IMG/VR virus record: IMGVR_UViG_3300042879_004465 | Location: 1-60,595 of that record | Source of the DNA: a virus | Taxonomy: Duplodnaviria > Caudoviricetes | Length of the DNA: 60,595 bases | Reading direction: 5' to 3' (one strand) | Part shown: in pieces, positions 37,221 to 47,099 of the stretch | Layout of the letters: each line of letters begins with the position of its first letter | How positions within the stretch are numbered: position 1 is the first letter of the stretch | Program-made: the position numbers and the translations under genes | The notes under the pieces: generated by a model | Database searches by the model: none | Seen by the model: the letters and a program-made list of their open reading frames with translations, nothing else | What the model was told of the DNA's origin: nothing

Positions 37221-37697
37221 TTATTCGAATGCGTAGTAAGAATAAGAGAAAGTAGCTGTAGCTTTCAAAGGAGCCGAATCGTTTGAATCGGATCGGAAAG
37301 GAATTCCGCTAAGGGCAACCGGAACAACATAATAGAAAGCAATGTTCATGTTGGGAAAATAATTTGATCCAAGAATTGTAAGATTTGCGCTGGTCGCCCA
37401 TTGATTGTATGGAACATTGCTAACGTCATCTGATATATTTCCGATTTGCTTCATCCAATCAAAAATGCTTTTCCAATTCTCCAAATTTTCGTCAATCAAA
37501 AACTCAACTCTCAAAGGTTCAAACGTAAAAGTATTGACTGCCACTGGGATTTGAATGCCCAGAATGGTAGGCTGGGGCTGGGTGTTCAATTGAATTCCCG
37601 GAAGAGCAACAGTCTGGCAAAACAATTTTATGTTTTCGCTGCCTTTGTTTATGCTGAAGTTGTAATAGTTTGTCTGTAATTGATTGATATTTGTCAT
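37221..37697 (-). CDS. gp3: Tail completion / tube terminator gp3
   Basis: FCQTVALPGI, FEPLRVEFLIDENLENWKSIFDWM, PVALSGIPF, ATATFSYSYY. Confidence 0.88.
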   Translation of the reverse strand: MTNINQLQTNYYNFSINKGSENIKLFCQTVALPGIQLNTQPQPTILGIQIPVAVNTFTFEPLRVEFLIDENLENWKSIFDWMKQIGNISDDVSNVPYNQWATSANLTILGSNYFPNMNIAFYYVVPVALSGIPFRSDSNDSAPLKATATFSYSYYAFE

Positions 37698-38308
37698 TTG
37701 AGATAATCTTCCGGATTATCCGACCAACTTCTCGGATCAGATGCTTCTTCTTCTGGATTGTACGGCAATTTCAATTCTTCTATTTTGGACTTGCGTTTCT
37801 TTGATTTTTTGGGCTCTATTTCTTTTTCCCATTCCTTTTCAAGTTCTTCCGCTTCATCTTCGTCCAGTTCTGCATTTTCAGCAAGATGATCGTCAAACAT
37901 GTCTTGCAAAAATTCTACGAACTCTGGATCTGAAAACATGTTCCAAGCGAGTTCCATAGTGTCTGGTTCTTCTATTTCTGCGGCCATTATTTCTTCACTC
38001 ATTCCATTCATAAATTTTATGTAAGCATCGTACATTCTTTGTATGTCCTCTACCGGACTTGAAATGTACATGATGTACTGCTTCAATATTGTTATTTGCT
38101 TGTCTTGCACATTTCCTAGGTAAGAAGTCAATCTGACGCATTCCACGACATGACCTTCTTCATTGGAAGTGCTGTAAACTACGATTTTAGCCGGGTCCGT
38201 CAGAACCACTTCATTTTCTTTTTCTTGTACTATGGCGACTACTTCTTCGCCAGTTGTAAACTTGACTACTTTGACGGACGATGAAGCTTGGTGATTTGTT
38301 TCTTCCAT
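37694..38308 (-). CDS. Sm-like-fold protein with acidic tail (uvsW neighbour in T4-like phages)
   Basis: VKVVKFTTGEEVVA N-terminus; acidic C-terminus; SD AGGAGG and late promoter ATAAATA (38325-38331, minus strand). Confidence 0.6.
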   Translation of the reverse strand: MEETNHQASSSVKVVKFTTGEEVVAIVQEKENEVVLTDPAKIVVYSTSNEEGHVVECVRLTSYLGNVQDKQITILKQYIMYISSPVEDIQRMYDAYIKFMNGMSEEIMAAEIEEPDTMELAWNMFSDPEFVEFLQDMFDDHLAENAELDEDEAEELEKEWEKEIEPKKSKKRKSKIEELKLPYNPEEEASDPRSWSDNPEDYLK

Positions 38309-38343
38309 GCTTCCTCCTTACTAATATTTATTTTTAACAAGTT

Positions 38344-39840
38344 TTATAATTTTATCTTGAATGCTTTGTAGTCAAATTTTTCTTTTTCGTATATCTTGAC
38401 TCTTTGTTCAAAATGCTTGAATACGTGATTCTTGTGCTTTTTCCAAGAAAGATCATCTACTAGATCGAATACTTTCAATGTTTGTTTTCTTTCGGATGTT
38501 CTTAGACCGCGTCCTATGCTTTGAAGCAATCTTATTACTGATTTAGTAGGAGAAGCAAAGATGATATTGTCAAGATGAACGATGTTGATCCCGGTGCTCG
38601 TAGTGCCAAAAGAAGCAACGAGAATGGCATTCTTTTCTCTGTCGATGATTTTCCTAATAGTTTCTCTATTTTCTGCGTCAGTTTTCCCCGAAATGAAATA
38701 TACGTTTTTATCGGGATGTCGTTTTTGAATGAGATCATAAAGTGGTTTTCCGTGCTTTTCTACGTAATTGAACAATACCAAAGTATTGCCTTCGGTTTCC
38801 CCGCAAAGTTTGGATATGAACTCGTTTCTGTCTAAATTTTCTACGAGTAACCCCATTTCTTCCTGATACTTCAATTTTTTGCAGCTATTCCGCATTTCGT
38901 CCGGATAATCCAAAATTATGCAGTCTATGGCCAATTTTGCCAAGACTCCCTTACCTATTAGCCCCTTCGTCGTTATAAACTGAATGGAGGGCCCTAGCGT
39001 GCCCTCTATTGAGAGCTTATGCGCCAAGGTCTGATCGAGCGTCCCGGTCGTTCCGAGCCTAAACCAAGCCTCTGTGAGCTTTTTACCGATGTTTACGAGA
39101 GAGTCGGCCTTGACCAAATGACACTCGTCAAAAATTACGGCATCAAACTGGTCAAACCAAGTTTTTGGAAGTTTGTATACCGATTGCCATGTAGAAACGA
39201 CCAATGGCTTATTGGTGTCCTTTTCTTTACCCGCAGTAATTTTATGCAAAAATTTGGTTACTGACCAATTTTTGTTTTTTCTAGAATAATCAAAAAAGTC
39301 TGCTTCCATTTGCTGGACCAGACCTACCGTGGGAACCAATAACAAAATTTTTTTGGGAGCCTTTAAGCAGTATCGCAATAAAAATCGAATTATCAAATAT
39401 ATGATTAATGATTTTCCGCTTCCAGTAGGAGATACTATTACAGATCTGCAGCTTTTTAAAGCATGTATGACCGCCTTTTTTTGGTGGTCATGTGGATTTA
39501 CTTCTTGGTTTTTTACGGTGACGTTCAATGTTTTGAAAAAACTGTCAAAAATGGTTTCATCCATTTCTACGGTTTTTGTATCTTTTTCGTCAAAAATTAA
39601 ATAATAGTTTCTTTCGTCACAAAATTTTTGAAGATACGTCTTCAATCCTCTTGGAAGAGTGGAGCTGTTTATTTCGTATAATTTTATTTTGCCATCCCAA
39701 ATACGAGATTTGTATAATGGCATGTATTCTGCGCCAGGAACTTTAAAAGAAAAATAAGATCGTAATTCTCTTTTTACAGAATCTTCACAATCAATTTTAT
39801 ACTTAGTGTTGTCTTCCGCAGACGCAATTACAGTGTACAC
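38344..39840 (-). CDS. uvsW: UvsW SF2 helicase
   Basis: WDGKIKL, SPTGSGKS, STWQS, DECH, GTTGTL, STGINI, RLLQSIGRGLR. Confidence 0.96.
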   Translation of the reverse strand: MYTVIASAEDNTKYKIDCEDSVKRELRSYFSFKVPGAEYMPLYKSRIWDGKIKLYEINSSTLPRGLKTYLQKFCDERNYYLIFDEKDTKTVEMDETIFDSFFKTLNVTVKNQEVNPHDHQKKAVIHALKSCRSVIVSPTGSGKSLIIYLIIRFLLRYCLKAPKKILLLVPTVGLVQQMEADFFDYSRKNKNWSVTKFLHKITAGKEKDTNKPLVVSTWQSVYKLPKTWFDQFDAVIFDECHLVKADSLVNIGKKLTEAWFRLGTTGTLDQTLAHKLSIEGTLGPSIQFITTKGLIGKGVLAKLAIDCIILDYPDEMRNSCKKLKYQEEMGLLVENLDRNEFISKLCGETEGNTLVLFNYVEKHGKPLYDLIQKRHPDKNVYFISGKTDAENRETIRKIIDREKNAILVASFGTTSTGINIVHLDNIIFASPTKSVIRLLQSIGRGLRTSERKQTLKVFDLVDDLSWKKHKNHVFKHFEQRVKIYEKEKFDYKAFKIKL

Positions 39841-39850
39841 AAATTATTTA

Positions 39851-40288
39851 TCATGAAATTCCATTTACCAATTTGTTCCAATCAATAGCGGACTTGATTG
39901 CAAAATTTCTGTTGGAAAGAACTTTGATAAAATCTTCCACCATTTTTACTTTTATTTCTGCAGTGTTGATGTCGTTTTTAATTTTTAAAAGAGTGGGGTC
40001 AGCATCCATGAAACGATCTATGTCGGTTTTCATTATCTTTAGCTCAAATGGTTCTTCGCCCCATTTTTCCAACTCTTCTTGGCTTGCCTTGCCGTTATAT
40101 ACCATCCACTTTCTCAATTCCATTACGGACAGTGCATTTCTTAATTTTTGTAGTTCGGTCTTAAGATCTGCATGTATTGAAAGATACTTTCCATGCACTG
40201 AAGGAGTTCTTAAAGACTCTTTAGCTAACTCTGTAGAGTCTATTAAAGAATCCTTTTTAATTTCCTGTTTAAGGTCTTCTAGATTCAT
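39851..40288 (-). CDS. uvsY: Recombination mediator UvsY
   Basis: KDSLIDSTEL..ESLRTPSVHGKY, YNGKA, NRNFAIKSAIDW. Confidence 0.93.
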   Translation of the reverse strand: MNLEDLKQEIKKDSLIDSTELAKESLRTPSVHGKYLSIHADLKTELQKLRNALSVMELRKWMVYNGKASQEELEKWGEEPFELKIMKTDIDRFMDADPTLLKIKNDINTAEIKVKMVEDFIKVLSNRNFAIKSAIDWNKLVNGIS

Positions 40289-40297
40289 TATAAGTAT

Positions 40298-40361
40298 ACT
40301 ATAGAGTATCTTTAAGGGGTTGTCAAGAAATACTTGACAACTTTGTGAAAAAGTGTATAAT
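40298..40361. promoter_or_regulatory. Divergent sigma70-like promoters for uvsY (-) and the glycan island (+)
   Basis: Plus strand: TTGACA(40334)-N16-TATAAT(40356). Minus strand: TTGACA(40326)-N17-TATAGT(40303). The two -35 boxes form TTGTCAAG-N5-CTTGACAA. Confidence 0.75.
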
Positions 40362-40389
40362 AGTGTAAAATCTTTTTAAAGTCGAAAAT

Positions 40390-41067
40390 ATGATTATAGA
40401 TTTAAGAAAAATTCAAACGGTATGGATTAATCTTGACGGCGCAACCGGAAATGCTCAAATTATGGAGCACAGATTCGGCATTCATAATTTTGAAAAAACA
40501 TACCGAAAATCGGCAAGACAAATAGCTCCGCCTCACGGAACACCGGATACAATTAAGCATTACGTAGGCTGTGCTCAATCTCATATTGATATTTTGGAGG
40601 ACACAAATTATTCGTGTCCTCTTTTAATTCTTGAAGATGATGCCGAGTTTACTCAAGACTTTCATCCTATGATTGAAGTTCCCGACAATACGGATGCGGT
40701 GTATCTAGGAGTATCTTCCGGTAATCCTCATTATTTGTCCAAGAGAGTAAACAAATATTTTCTTAGAATTGGAAAAATTTTGGCTACTCATGCTATTTTG
40801 TATTTGAATCCCGATTACAGAAAAGCGGTTGCAGACATTGCAAAAGTGTTTGCTTACAGATTAAAAATTCCATTTGACAATGGCTGTGCATTGATTCAGG
40901 AGAGATTCAATGTAATTACTCCCAACACTCCATTCTTTGTACAGGCAAACCAAAGACAAAGCGCAAATCAATGGGAAGCGGTGACATCAAAGCCCTTGGT
41001 TGACAAGAATAGCGATTTTCCTGTCAGAGAAGAAAACGTACAGCTAGGAATACAGGTGCCAGTATGA
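40390..41067 (+). CDS. Glycosyltransferase, GT25-like
   Basis: WINLD, GCAQSH, LILEDDA, ATHAILY. Confidence 0.75.
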   Translation: MIIDLRKIQTVWINLDGATGNAQIMEHRFGIHNFEKTYRKSARQIAPPHGTPDTIKHYVGCAQSHIDILEDTNYSCPLLILEDDAEFTQDFHPMIEVPDNTDAVYLGVSSGNPHYLSKRVNKYFLRIGKILATHAILYLNPDYRKAVADIAKVFAYRLKIPFDNGCALIQERFNVITPNTPFFVQANQRQSANQWEAVTSKPLVDKNSDFPVREENVQLGIQVPV

Positions 41068-41852
41068 TTGGAATGACAAATTTAGGAAATAATGGTAGAT
41101 TTGGAAATCAAATGTTTCAGTATGCCACGCTATACGCGCTTGGTAAAGAACTAAACTATGAAATTGGAATTCCGTATTTAAATAAAAGTAATGATGACTA
41201 TTTTAATTTTTGTCTACCAGAGTGTTTTTCATTATCGGCAAAAGATTTAAAGGGCCATTATTTTTCATCTTATTATCAAGAACCTCACTTTTCTTATGAT
41301 ACTAATATTAAAAATATTCCTGATAATACAAATTTAAAAGGATATTTTCAAAGTGAAAAATATTTTAAAAATTGCAAAAATGATTTAATGTTTAAAGAAT
41401 TTAATTTTAATAACGAAATTAAAATAAAAACAAAAAAATTATTAAACGGAAGAGACTCAGAATTAATATCAGTACACATTAGACTGGGAGACTATTTAAA
41501 ATTTCAAGATTCTCATCCAATATGTTCTACTGACTACTATAAAACAGCAATCCAAATGCTACCAAGCGATGCAAATATTATGCTTTTTAGCGACGATTAT
41601 AGTTTGGCATTACCATTTTTTAAAGATTTGGGAATAAAAGTTTTTGCATGTGGTACAAATAATAAATTTATAGATATGTGTTTAATGACACAATGTGAAT
41701 ATCATATAATTGCAAATAGTTCATTTAGCTGGTGGGGTTCTTGGTTAAGCAATAGCAAAAAAACAATAGCACCAAAGCAATGGTTCGGTACAGCACCACA
41801 TATGCCAAAAATTTGGAATGATGTTTATGCAGAAGATTGGATTGTAATATGA
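41064..41852 (+). CDS. GT11 alpha-1,2-fucosyltransferase-like protein
   Basis: GRFGNQMFQYA, GYFQSEKYF, SVHIRLGDY, FSDD, IIANSSFSWWGSWL. Confidence 0.92.
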   Translation: MIGMTNLGNNGRFGNQMFQYATLYALGKELNYEIGIPYLNKSNDDYFNFCLPECFSLSAKDLKGHYFSSYYQEPHFSYDTNIKNIPDNTNLKGYFQSEKYFKNCKNDLMFKEFNFNNEIKIKTKKLLNGRDSELISVHIRLGDYLKFQDSHPICSTDYYKTAIQMLPSDANIMLFSDDYSLALPFFKDLGIKVFACGTNNKFIDMCLMTQCEYHIIANSSFSWWGSWLSNSKKTIAPKQWFGTAPHMPKIWNDVYAEDWIVI

Positions 41853-42787
41853 TTACAGTTAGATGTCCTGTAAGAATATCTTTGGTAGGCGGGTCCAGCG
41901 ATCTTGATGCTTATGTAGATAAGCATGGAAAGGGATCTGTTATTTCATTTACTCCAAAAATTTATACTTATGTTTCTATTTACAGGGATAAAATTGGACG
42001 TAACACCATTGATCAAAAGTATATTGTAAATTATTCTCAGCGAGAAGAAGTAAATACAATAAAAGAAATTAAAAATGAACTTGTAAGATTATTTTTTGAA
42101 AAAGAAAGAGTCTATCCTTGTTCAATCCATATGACTAGCGATGTATTTTCTCATGGCTCCGGGCTTGCTGTATCTTCTTCGTATTCTTGTTGTTTGGTAA
42201 AAGCTATTTCCGAGTTAAACAAGACATATCTTTCTGATATTGAGTGTACGGCGAAAGCGCACATTTTAGAAAAATTAATAAATCCGCTTTTGGGGCAACA
42301 AGATGTTTTCGGATGTGGAATTGGTGGATTTAAAAAAATAGAATTTACTCAAAATAGTCTTCCAAAGTATACATTTTTACCGACATCTTTTTTTAATTAT
42401 TATGTTCCATATCTGGTATTTACAGGTCTTACTAGAAACTCTACTAGTATTTTAAAAAATGTTAATGTTCCAGATACCGATACTTTTAATCCTTTGGTAT
42501 TTGAATCAGAACAAATGATATTAAACGGAAACTATGAAAAGTTTTTGCGATTGATAAAGGCTGGCTGGGAAGAAAAAAAAAGAACATCAAAGAGTGTTTT
42601 AGAAGAGCAATCATTGAAAGACTTGGATGAGTATTTGGATAAATATCCTGGTTGCGTAGCACACAAGCTATGTGGTGCTGGCAATGGAGGATTTTTTTTA
42701 GCTTTCTTTGAAGCACAAAATCTTCCAACACATCATAAATTTATTAAAGTAGAATTGAGCAATAGCGGTATTGAAAAAATATTATGA
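41849..42787 (+). CDS. hddA: GHMP-family sugar kinase, HddA-like (heptose-7-phosphate 1-kinase)
   Basis: PVRISLVGGSSD, GSGLAVSSS, GQQD, KLCGAGNGGF; adjacent to gmhA. Confidence 0.8.
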   Translation: MITVRCPVRISLVGGSSDLDAYVDKHGKGSVISFTPKIYTYVSIYRDKIGRNTIDQKYIVNYSQREEVNTIKEIKNELVRLFFEKERVYPCSIHMTSDVFSHGSGLAVSSSYSCCLVKAISELNKTYLSDIECTAKAHILEKLINPLLGQQDVFGCGIGGFKKIEFTQNSLPKYTFLPTSFFNYYVPYLVFTGLTRNSTSILKNVNVPDTDTFNPLVFESEQMILNGNYEKFLRLIKAGWEEKKRTSKSVLEEQSLKDLDEYLDKYPGCVAHKLCGAGNGGFFLAFFEAQNLPTHHKFIKVELSNSGIEKIL

Positions 42788-43296
42788 ATAATTTTATAAA
42801 TAAAATAGACTCAGCTCTTAAAAATTTAAATTTTATTGATTTGGATTATTTAAAAAAAATAGTATTAGACACCAAATCGGAAATTATTATATTAGGAAAC
42901 GGTGGCAGCAACGCTATTTCGTCTCATATAGCCGAAGACTATACAAAAGCGTTAAAGAAAAAAGCAATTGCATTTACAGACGGTGCTAGGCTAACATGCT
43001 ATTCTAATGATTATGGGTATGAGAATGCATTTAAACAATATCTATCAGAATTTTCCACAAAAGATAGTCTTGTAATTTTAATAAGCTCTTCTGGAAATTC
43101 TCAAAATATTTTAAATTGTGCTGAATATTGCCTTGAAAACAAAATTAAATACATTATTTTTTCAGGTTTTAAACAAAATAATTGTTTAATAACAAAATAT
43201 GCAGACCAATCATTGTTAAATTTTTGGGTAAATTCCGACGATTACGGTGTTGTTGAATGTATTCACGAAATTATTTTACACTCGGTAATATCATGA
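42784..43296 (+). CDS. gmhA: SIS-domain phosphoheptose isomerase, GmhA-like
   Basis: GNGGSNAISSH, SNDYGYE, ISSSGNSQNIL, VECIH. Confidence 0.85.
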   Translation: MNNFINKIDSALKNLNFIDLDYLKKIVLDTKSEIIILGNGGSNAISSHIAEDYTKALKKKAIAFTDGARLTCYSNDYGYENAFKQYLSEFSTKDSLVILISSSGNSQNILNCAEYCLENKIKYIIFSGFKQNNCLITKYADQSLLNFWVNSDDYGVVECIHEIILHSVIS

Positions 43297-44009
43297 TTTA
43301 CTGCTTCGATTTGGATGAGACTCTTTGTACTAAAGCTATTGATGGTGATTACGCTACTGCAATGCCAATAGAAGAGGCTATAGAAAAAGTAAACATTCTT
43401 TGGATATTAGGAAATAAAATTTTAATATTTACTGGCCGAGGATCTAGCAGTGGTAAAGATTGGGTGGAATTGACAAAACAACAATTAAAAAATTGGGGTG
43501 TAAAATATGACGAATTAATAATGAATCGCAAGCCTACTTACGATGTAATAATAGATGACAAAGCAATAAATGCTGTTGACTGGCGAAATACTTTTTGCAA
43601 AACTCGCGGAGTTGTCGCTGGAGCATTCGATCTAATACATCCGGGATATTGTAAGTTATTTAAATTTTGCAAAGAACATTGTACTCATCTTACTGTTTTA
43701 TTACATGATGATCCATCTATAGAGAGAAAAAAAATGAGTCCAGTTCACAATCTCGGAGAAAGAACGGAAATTTTAAAGTCCATTAGATACGTTGATGACG
43801 TAATTGCATATACCGATGAGCAGGATCTTGCTATAAAATTAGAACTTGGATATTACAATGTCAGATTTTTGGGAGATGATTATAGAACAAAACCATATAC
43901 TGCGGATTATCTTCCTATTAAGATCATCTATACAGATAGATCGCACGGTTATTCTACGACGCAGTTAAAGAAAAAAATAGCTGATTCATACAAGGAGTTT
44001 ATGGGATGA
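43293..44009 (+). CDS. Fusion of a HAD phosphatase and a cytidylyltransferase-family nucleotidyltransferase
   Basis: N-terminal half: FDLDETLC, FTGRG, KPTYDVIIDDKA. C-terminal half: GAFDLIHPGY, ERTEILKSIRYVDDV, GDDY, GYSTT. Confidence 0.85.
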   Translation: MIYCFDLDETLCTKAIDGDYATAMPIEEAIEKVNILWILGNKILIFTGRGSSSGKDWVELTKQQLKNWGVKYDELIMNRKPTYDVIIDDKAINAVDWRNTFCKTRGVVAGAFDLIHPGYCKLFKFCKEHCTHLTVLLHDDPSIERKKMSPVHNLGERTEILKSIRYVDDVIAYTDEQDLAIKLELGYYNVRFLGDDYRTKPYTADYLPIKIIYTDRSHGYSTTQLKKKIADSYKEFMG

Positions 44010-44902
44010 AAATAATCGTAACTGGCGGATGTGGTTTTATAGGTAGTCATTTAGTAGATATGCTGGTGGAAAAAGAACATCAAGTTATTGTGATTGATGA
44101 CTGTTCTGCTGACAATGAAAAGTTTTATTACAACCAAAAAGCAGAATACTATAAAAACTCTATCTGCGAAATGGATTTTTTAGATAAAGTAACCAAAAAT
44201 TGTGATTTTATATTTCATCTGGCCGCGGAATCTCGGCTGCAAAATTCAATATTAAATCCGAGACGAGCGGTAGATGTTAATATTGGTGGAACTATTAATC
44301 TGCTTGAGTGTTGCAAAAAACATAAAATAAAAGGAATTATATTTTCGTCTACCTCATGTGTGTATGGATTAACAAATTGTCTACCGATTAAGGAAGATCT
44401 ACCAGAAGATTGTCTGAATCCATATGCGTCTACAAAATACGCAGCAGAGCTATTGATAAAAAACTATGTAAAACTGTTTAATATTAATGCTTGTATTTTT
44501 AGATATTTCAATGTTTTCGGTGAACGTTCTCCTGCACATGGACCTTATGCGTTGGTGACAGGCATTTTTTTGAAACAAAAAGCAAACAACCAACCACTGA
44601 CGGTTGTCGGGACAGGCTTGCAAGAAAGAGATTTTATTTACGTAAAAGATGTTGCACTAGCAAACATATTGGCCATGGAACATTGGGATATTGATAATAT
44701 AAAATCTGGAAATGTATTCAATATCGGTTCGGGTTCGGCTATAAAGATTATAGATCTTGCAAAATCCATATCGGATAACATTCAATTTATACCACCAAGA
44801 CAAGGTGAGGCTGAAAATAATCTATGTTCAATAGAAAAAATTCAAAAAGAAATTGATTGGAAACCAACTATAAATATTTTAAAGTGGCTTGAAAGTCGGT
44901 GA
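44006..44902 (+). CDS. NAD-dependent epimerase/dehydratase (extended SDR)
   Basis: TGGCGFIGSH, HLAA, YASTK, RYFNVFG, RDFIYVKDV. Confidence 0.92.
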   Translation: MKIIVTGGCGFIGSHLVDMLVEKEHQVIVIDDCSADNEKFYYNQKAEYYKNSICEMDFLDKVTKNCDFIFHLAAESRLQNSILNPRRAVDVNIGGTINLLECCKKHKIKGIIFSSTSCVYGLTNCLPIKEDLPEDCLNPYASTKYAAELLIKNYVKLFNINACIFRYFNVFGERSPAHGPYALVTGIFLKQKANNQPLTVVGTGLQERDFIYVKDVALANILAMEHWDIDNIKSGNVFNIGSGSAIKIIDLAKSISDNIQFIPPRQGEAENNLCSIEKIQKEIDWKPTINILKWLESR

Positions 44903-44908
44903 ATTATT

Positions 44909-45706
44909 ATGTGCAATTTAACATCAATTATTCCGGTTAAAATTGATTCAGAACAAAGAAAAAAAAATATAGATATAACCTTGAGGTATTTGCTTCAAAA
45001 TACCGATTCCAAAATAATAATCACTGAATGTGATGATCATCCCAAATTTGATGTAAAACACTATAATTCAGATCGTATAAAATATAAGTTTGAAAAAATT
45101 CAAAACAATTTTTTTCATCGAACTCGTTTAATAAATCAAATGTTAAATGAAGTTGATACTCCGGTTGTAGCCAATTATGATGCTGATGTTATTTTACCAA
45201 AAACTTCATACGAAATATCGGAAAAATTAATTTTAACAAAACAAGCTGATGTGATCTATCCGTATGGCTTCAACTGTGCTGGACAAAGAAGAATATTTCC
45301 AGATACAAAAGGTTTAAACAAATTTTATCACACACTAAATCTTGATGATTTGGAGCTTGACCAAAGAAGCCCTTGGCTCAGTAGATACGGACATGTTCAA
45401 TTTTTTAATACTGAGTGCTATATAAAAGGTTTTATGGAGAATGAAAACTACAAGCATTGGTGTCCTGAAGATGATGAACGTGCAATTCGATTTCAAAAAT
45501 TGGGATATAAAGTTATTTGGTTAGACAGCTTGGTATATCACCAAGAACATCCACCTTCTACGCAATCACAGCCATCTAATCTGCATGAAATTTATAAACT
45601 TCACAATTACTTAATACAAGGAAACAAAGAGTCAATAGAAACATACTACAGAAGCCAAGAATATTTAAAAAAGTATGATTCTTATAAAAAATTATGCACA
45701 GCTTAA
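44909..45706 (+). CDS. Glycosyltransferase (GT2/GT7-C-like)
   Basis: NYDADV DxD motif; FMENENYKHWCPEDDE resembles the GT7 GWGxED motif. Confidence 0.75.
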   Translation: MCNLTSIIPVKIDSEQRKKNIDITLRYLLQNTDSKIIITECDDHPKFDVKHYNSDRIKYKFEKIQNNFFHRTRLINQMLNEVDTPVVANYDADVILPKTSYEISEKLILTKQADVIYPYGFNCAGQRRIFPDTKGLNKFYHTLNLDDLELDQRSPWLSRYGHVQFFNTECYIKGFMENENYKHWCPEDDERAIRFQKLGYKVIWLDSLVYHQEHPPSTQSQPSNLHEIYKLHNYLIQGNKESIETYYRSQEYLKKYDSYKKLCTA

Positions 45707-46494
45707 TATTAACAATACACAATAAAGAGTTTTTGCTTCCGCGTGTGCTAGAGGGCATTAAGAATAATACTACAGGATCTTACGAGCTAATTGTGGTATT
45801 GGATGGTTGTTCGGATAGGTCTAGTCAAATAGTATACGATTATCATAATAAGTTTGATAAAATAAGAATATTTGAAACACCGAATGTATTTGAGACAAAG
45901 TCAAATAACGTTGGCCTAAAAAATAGCTCAGGCAAATATTGCACAATTATTCAAGACGATATGATTATAAATGAGTATGCTTGGAATGAAAGAATGGTAA
46001 AACCATTTTCTTTTGGTGATGTATTTGCAGTCACTTCTCGTACAGCTCATAATTGGCAGTTTAATCCTCACACACTCCATTTAAATCTGCCTAATGAATT
46101 GGACCATTGCTGGTGCGATGTTTTGAATCACGTAGATCACGCACATAGAGGAAACACTCCAAGAGAAGAATTTGCAATAAGAAGCTCGGTGAATCGTGGT
46201 CCACTGATGATTCTTCATGAGGATTTACAAAAATTAAATTACCTTGATGAGGAATTTAGTCCGCAAGACATGGATGATCATGATTTTTGCTATAGAGCTA
46301 AAAAAATCTTAAATAAAGTGTGTGGTTGTTATTGGGTAGACATAATAACACAAGATTCTTGGGGAGGAACTAGAGTTTCTGGTTCACCGGCGGCATGGTT
46401 ATTAAAAGCTCATCACAAAAATACAAAAATATTTTATAATAGACATAAGGATTTAATTCATTCACCTCAAGCGATAGAAAGTAGAAAATTATGA
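45694..46494 (+). CDS. GT2 glycosyltransferase
   Basis: TIHNKE, VLDGCSDRS, IQDDM, YLDEEF...DDHDFC. Confidence 0.85.
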   Translation: MHSLILTIHNKEFLLPRVLEGIKNNTTGSYELIVVLDGCSDRSSQIVYDYHNKFDKIRIFETPNVFETKSNNVGLKNSSGKYCTIIQDDMIINEYAWNERMVKPFSFGDVFAVTSRTAHNWQFNPHTLHLNLPNELDHCWCDVLNHVDHAHRGNTPREEFAIRSSVNRGPLMILHEDLQKLNYLDEEFSPQDMDDHDFCYRAKKILNKVCGCYWVDIITQDSWGGTRVSGSPAAWLLKAHHKNTKIFYNRHKDLIHSPQAIESRKL

Positions 46495-47099
46495 TAAATC
46501 AAGTCAAAGAAGCAATTTCAGACGAAAGATGGATGCAGACACAACCTGGAGAAAAAGCAGGACATATTATTGATCCAATAGAAATTTCATATAAAAAATA
46601 TAAAATTGCATATAGTTATTATTTTCAATATTTAAATATTGAAAATTTAGATTTAAAACAAAAAAGTGTAATAGAAATAGGCTGTGCTAGAATTTCTTCT
46701 TTATTTTTTTGTAATAACTATTCGACTTCATATGTAATAGAGCCCACATATTACCCAGAAGCCGATCAGTATTATGAAGGAAAAAATATTATCAAAATAC
46801 ACGATAAAGCAGAAAAATGTAATTTTCCAAAAACCGATGAAGTATGGTTGTTTAATGTTTTAGACCACGTTCAAGATCCAGATTTAATTATTAATAAAGC
46901 AAAACAAAATGCTAAAATTATTAGGTTTTTTGAACCTATTGATTGTGGTACTAATTTGGAGCATCCTTTTAGTTTTACTTTAAACGATTACAAAAAATAT
47001 TTTGGTGATTGTGTAAAACTTTATAGTTGTCCAAACAAAGAACACCCTTCCAAGATGTTTCATGGCTCCGATTGCGCTTACGGAGTTTATTATGTCTAA
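46491..47099 (+). CDS. Class I SAM-dependent methyltransferase-like, copy A
   Basis: VIEIGC, VIEP, DEVWLFNVLDHVQDP. Confidence 0.65.
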   Translation: MINQVKEAISDERWMQTQPGEKAGHIIDPIEISYKKYKIAYSYYFQYLNIENLDLKQKSVIEIGCARISSLFFCNNYSTSYVIEPTYYPEADQYYEGKNIIKIHDKAEKCNFPKTDEVWLFNVLDHVQDPDLIINKAKQNAKIIRFFEPIDCGTNLEHPFSFTLNDYKKYFGDCVKLYSCPNKEHPSKMFHGSDCAYGVYYV

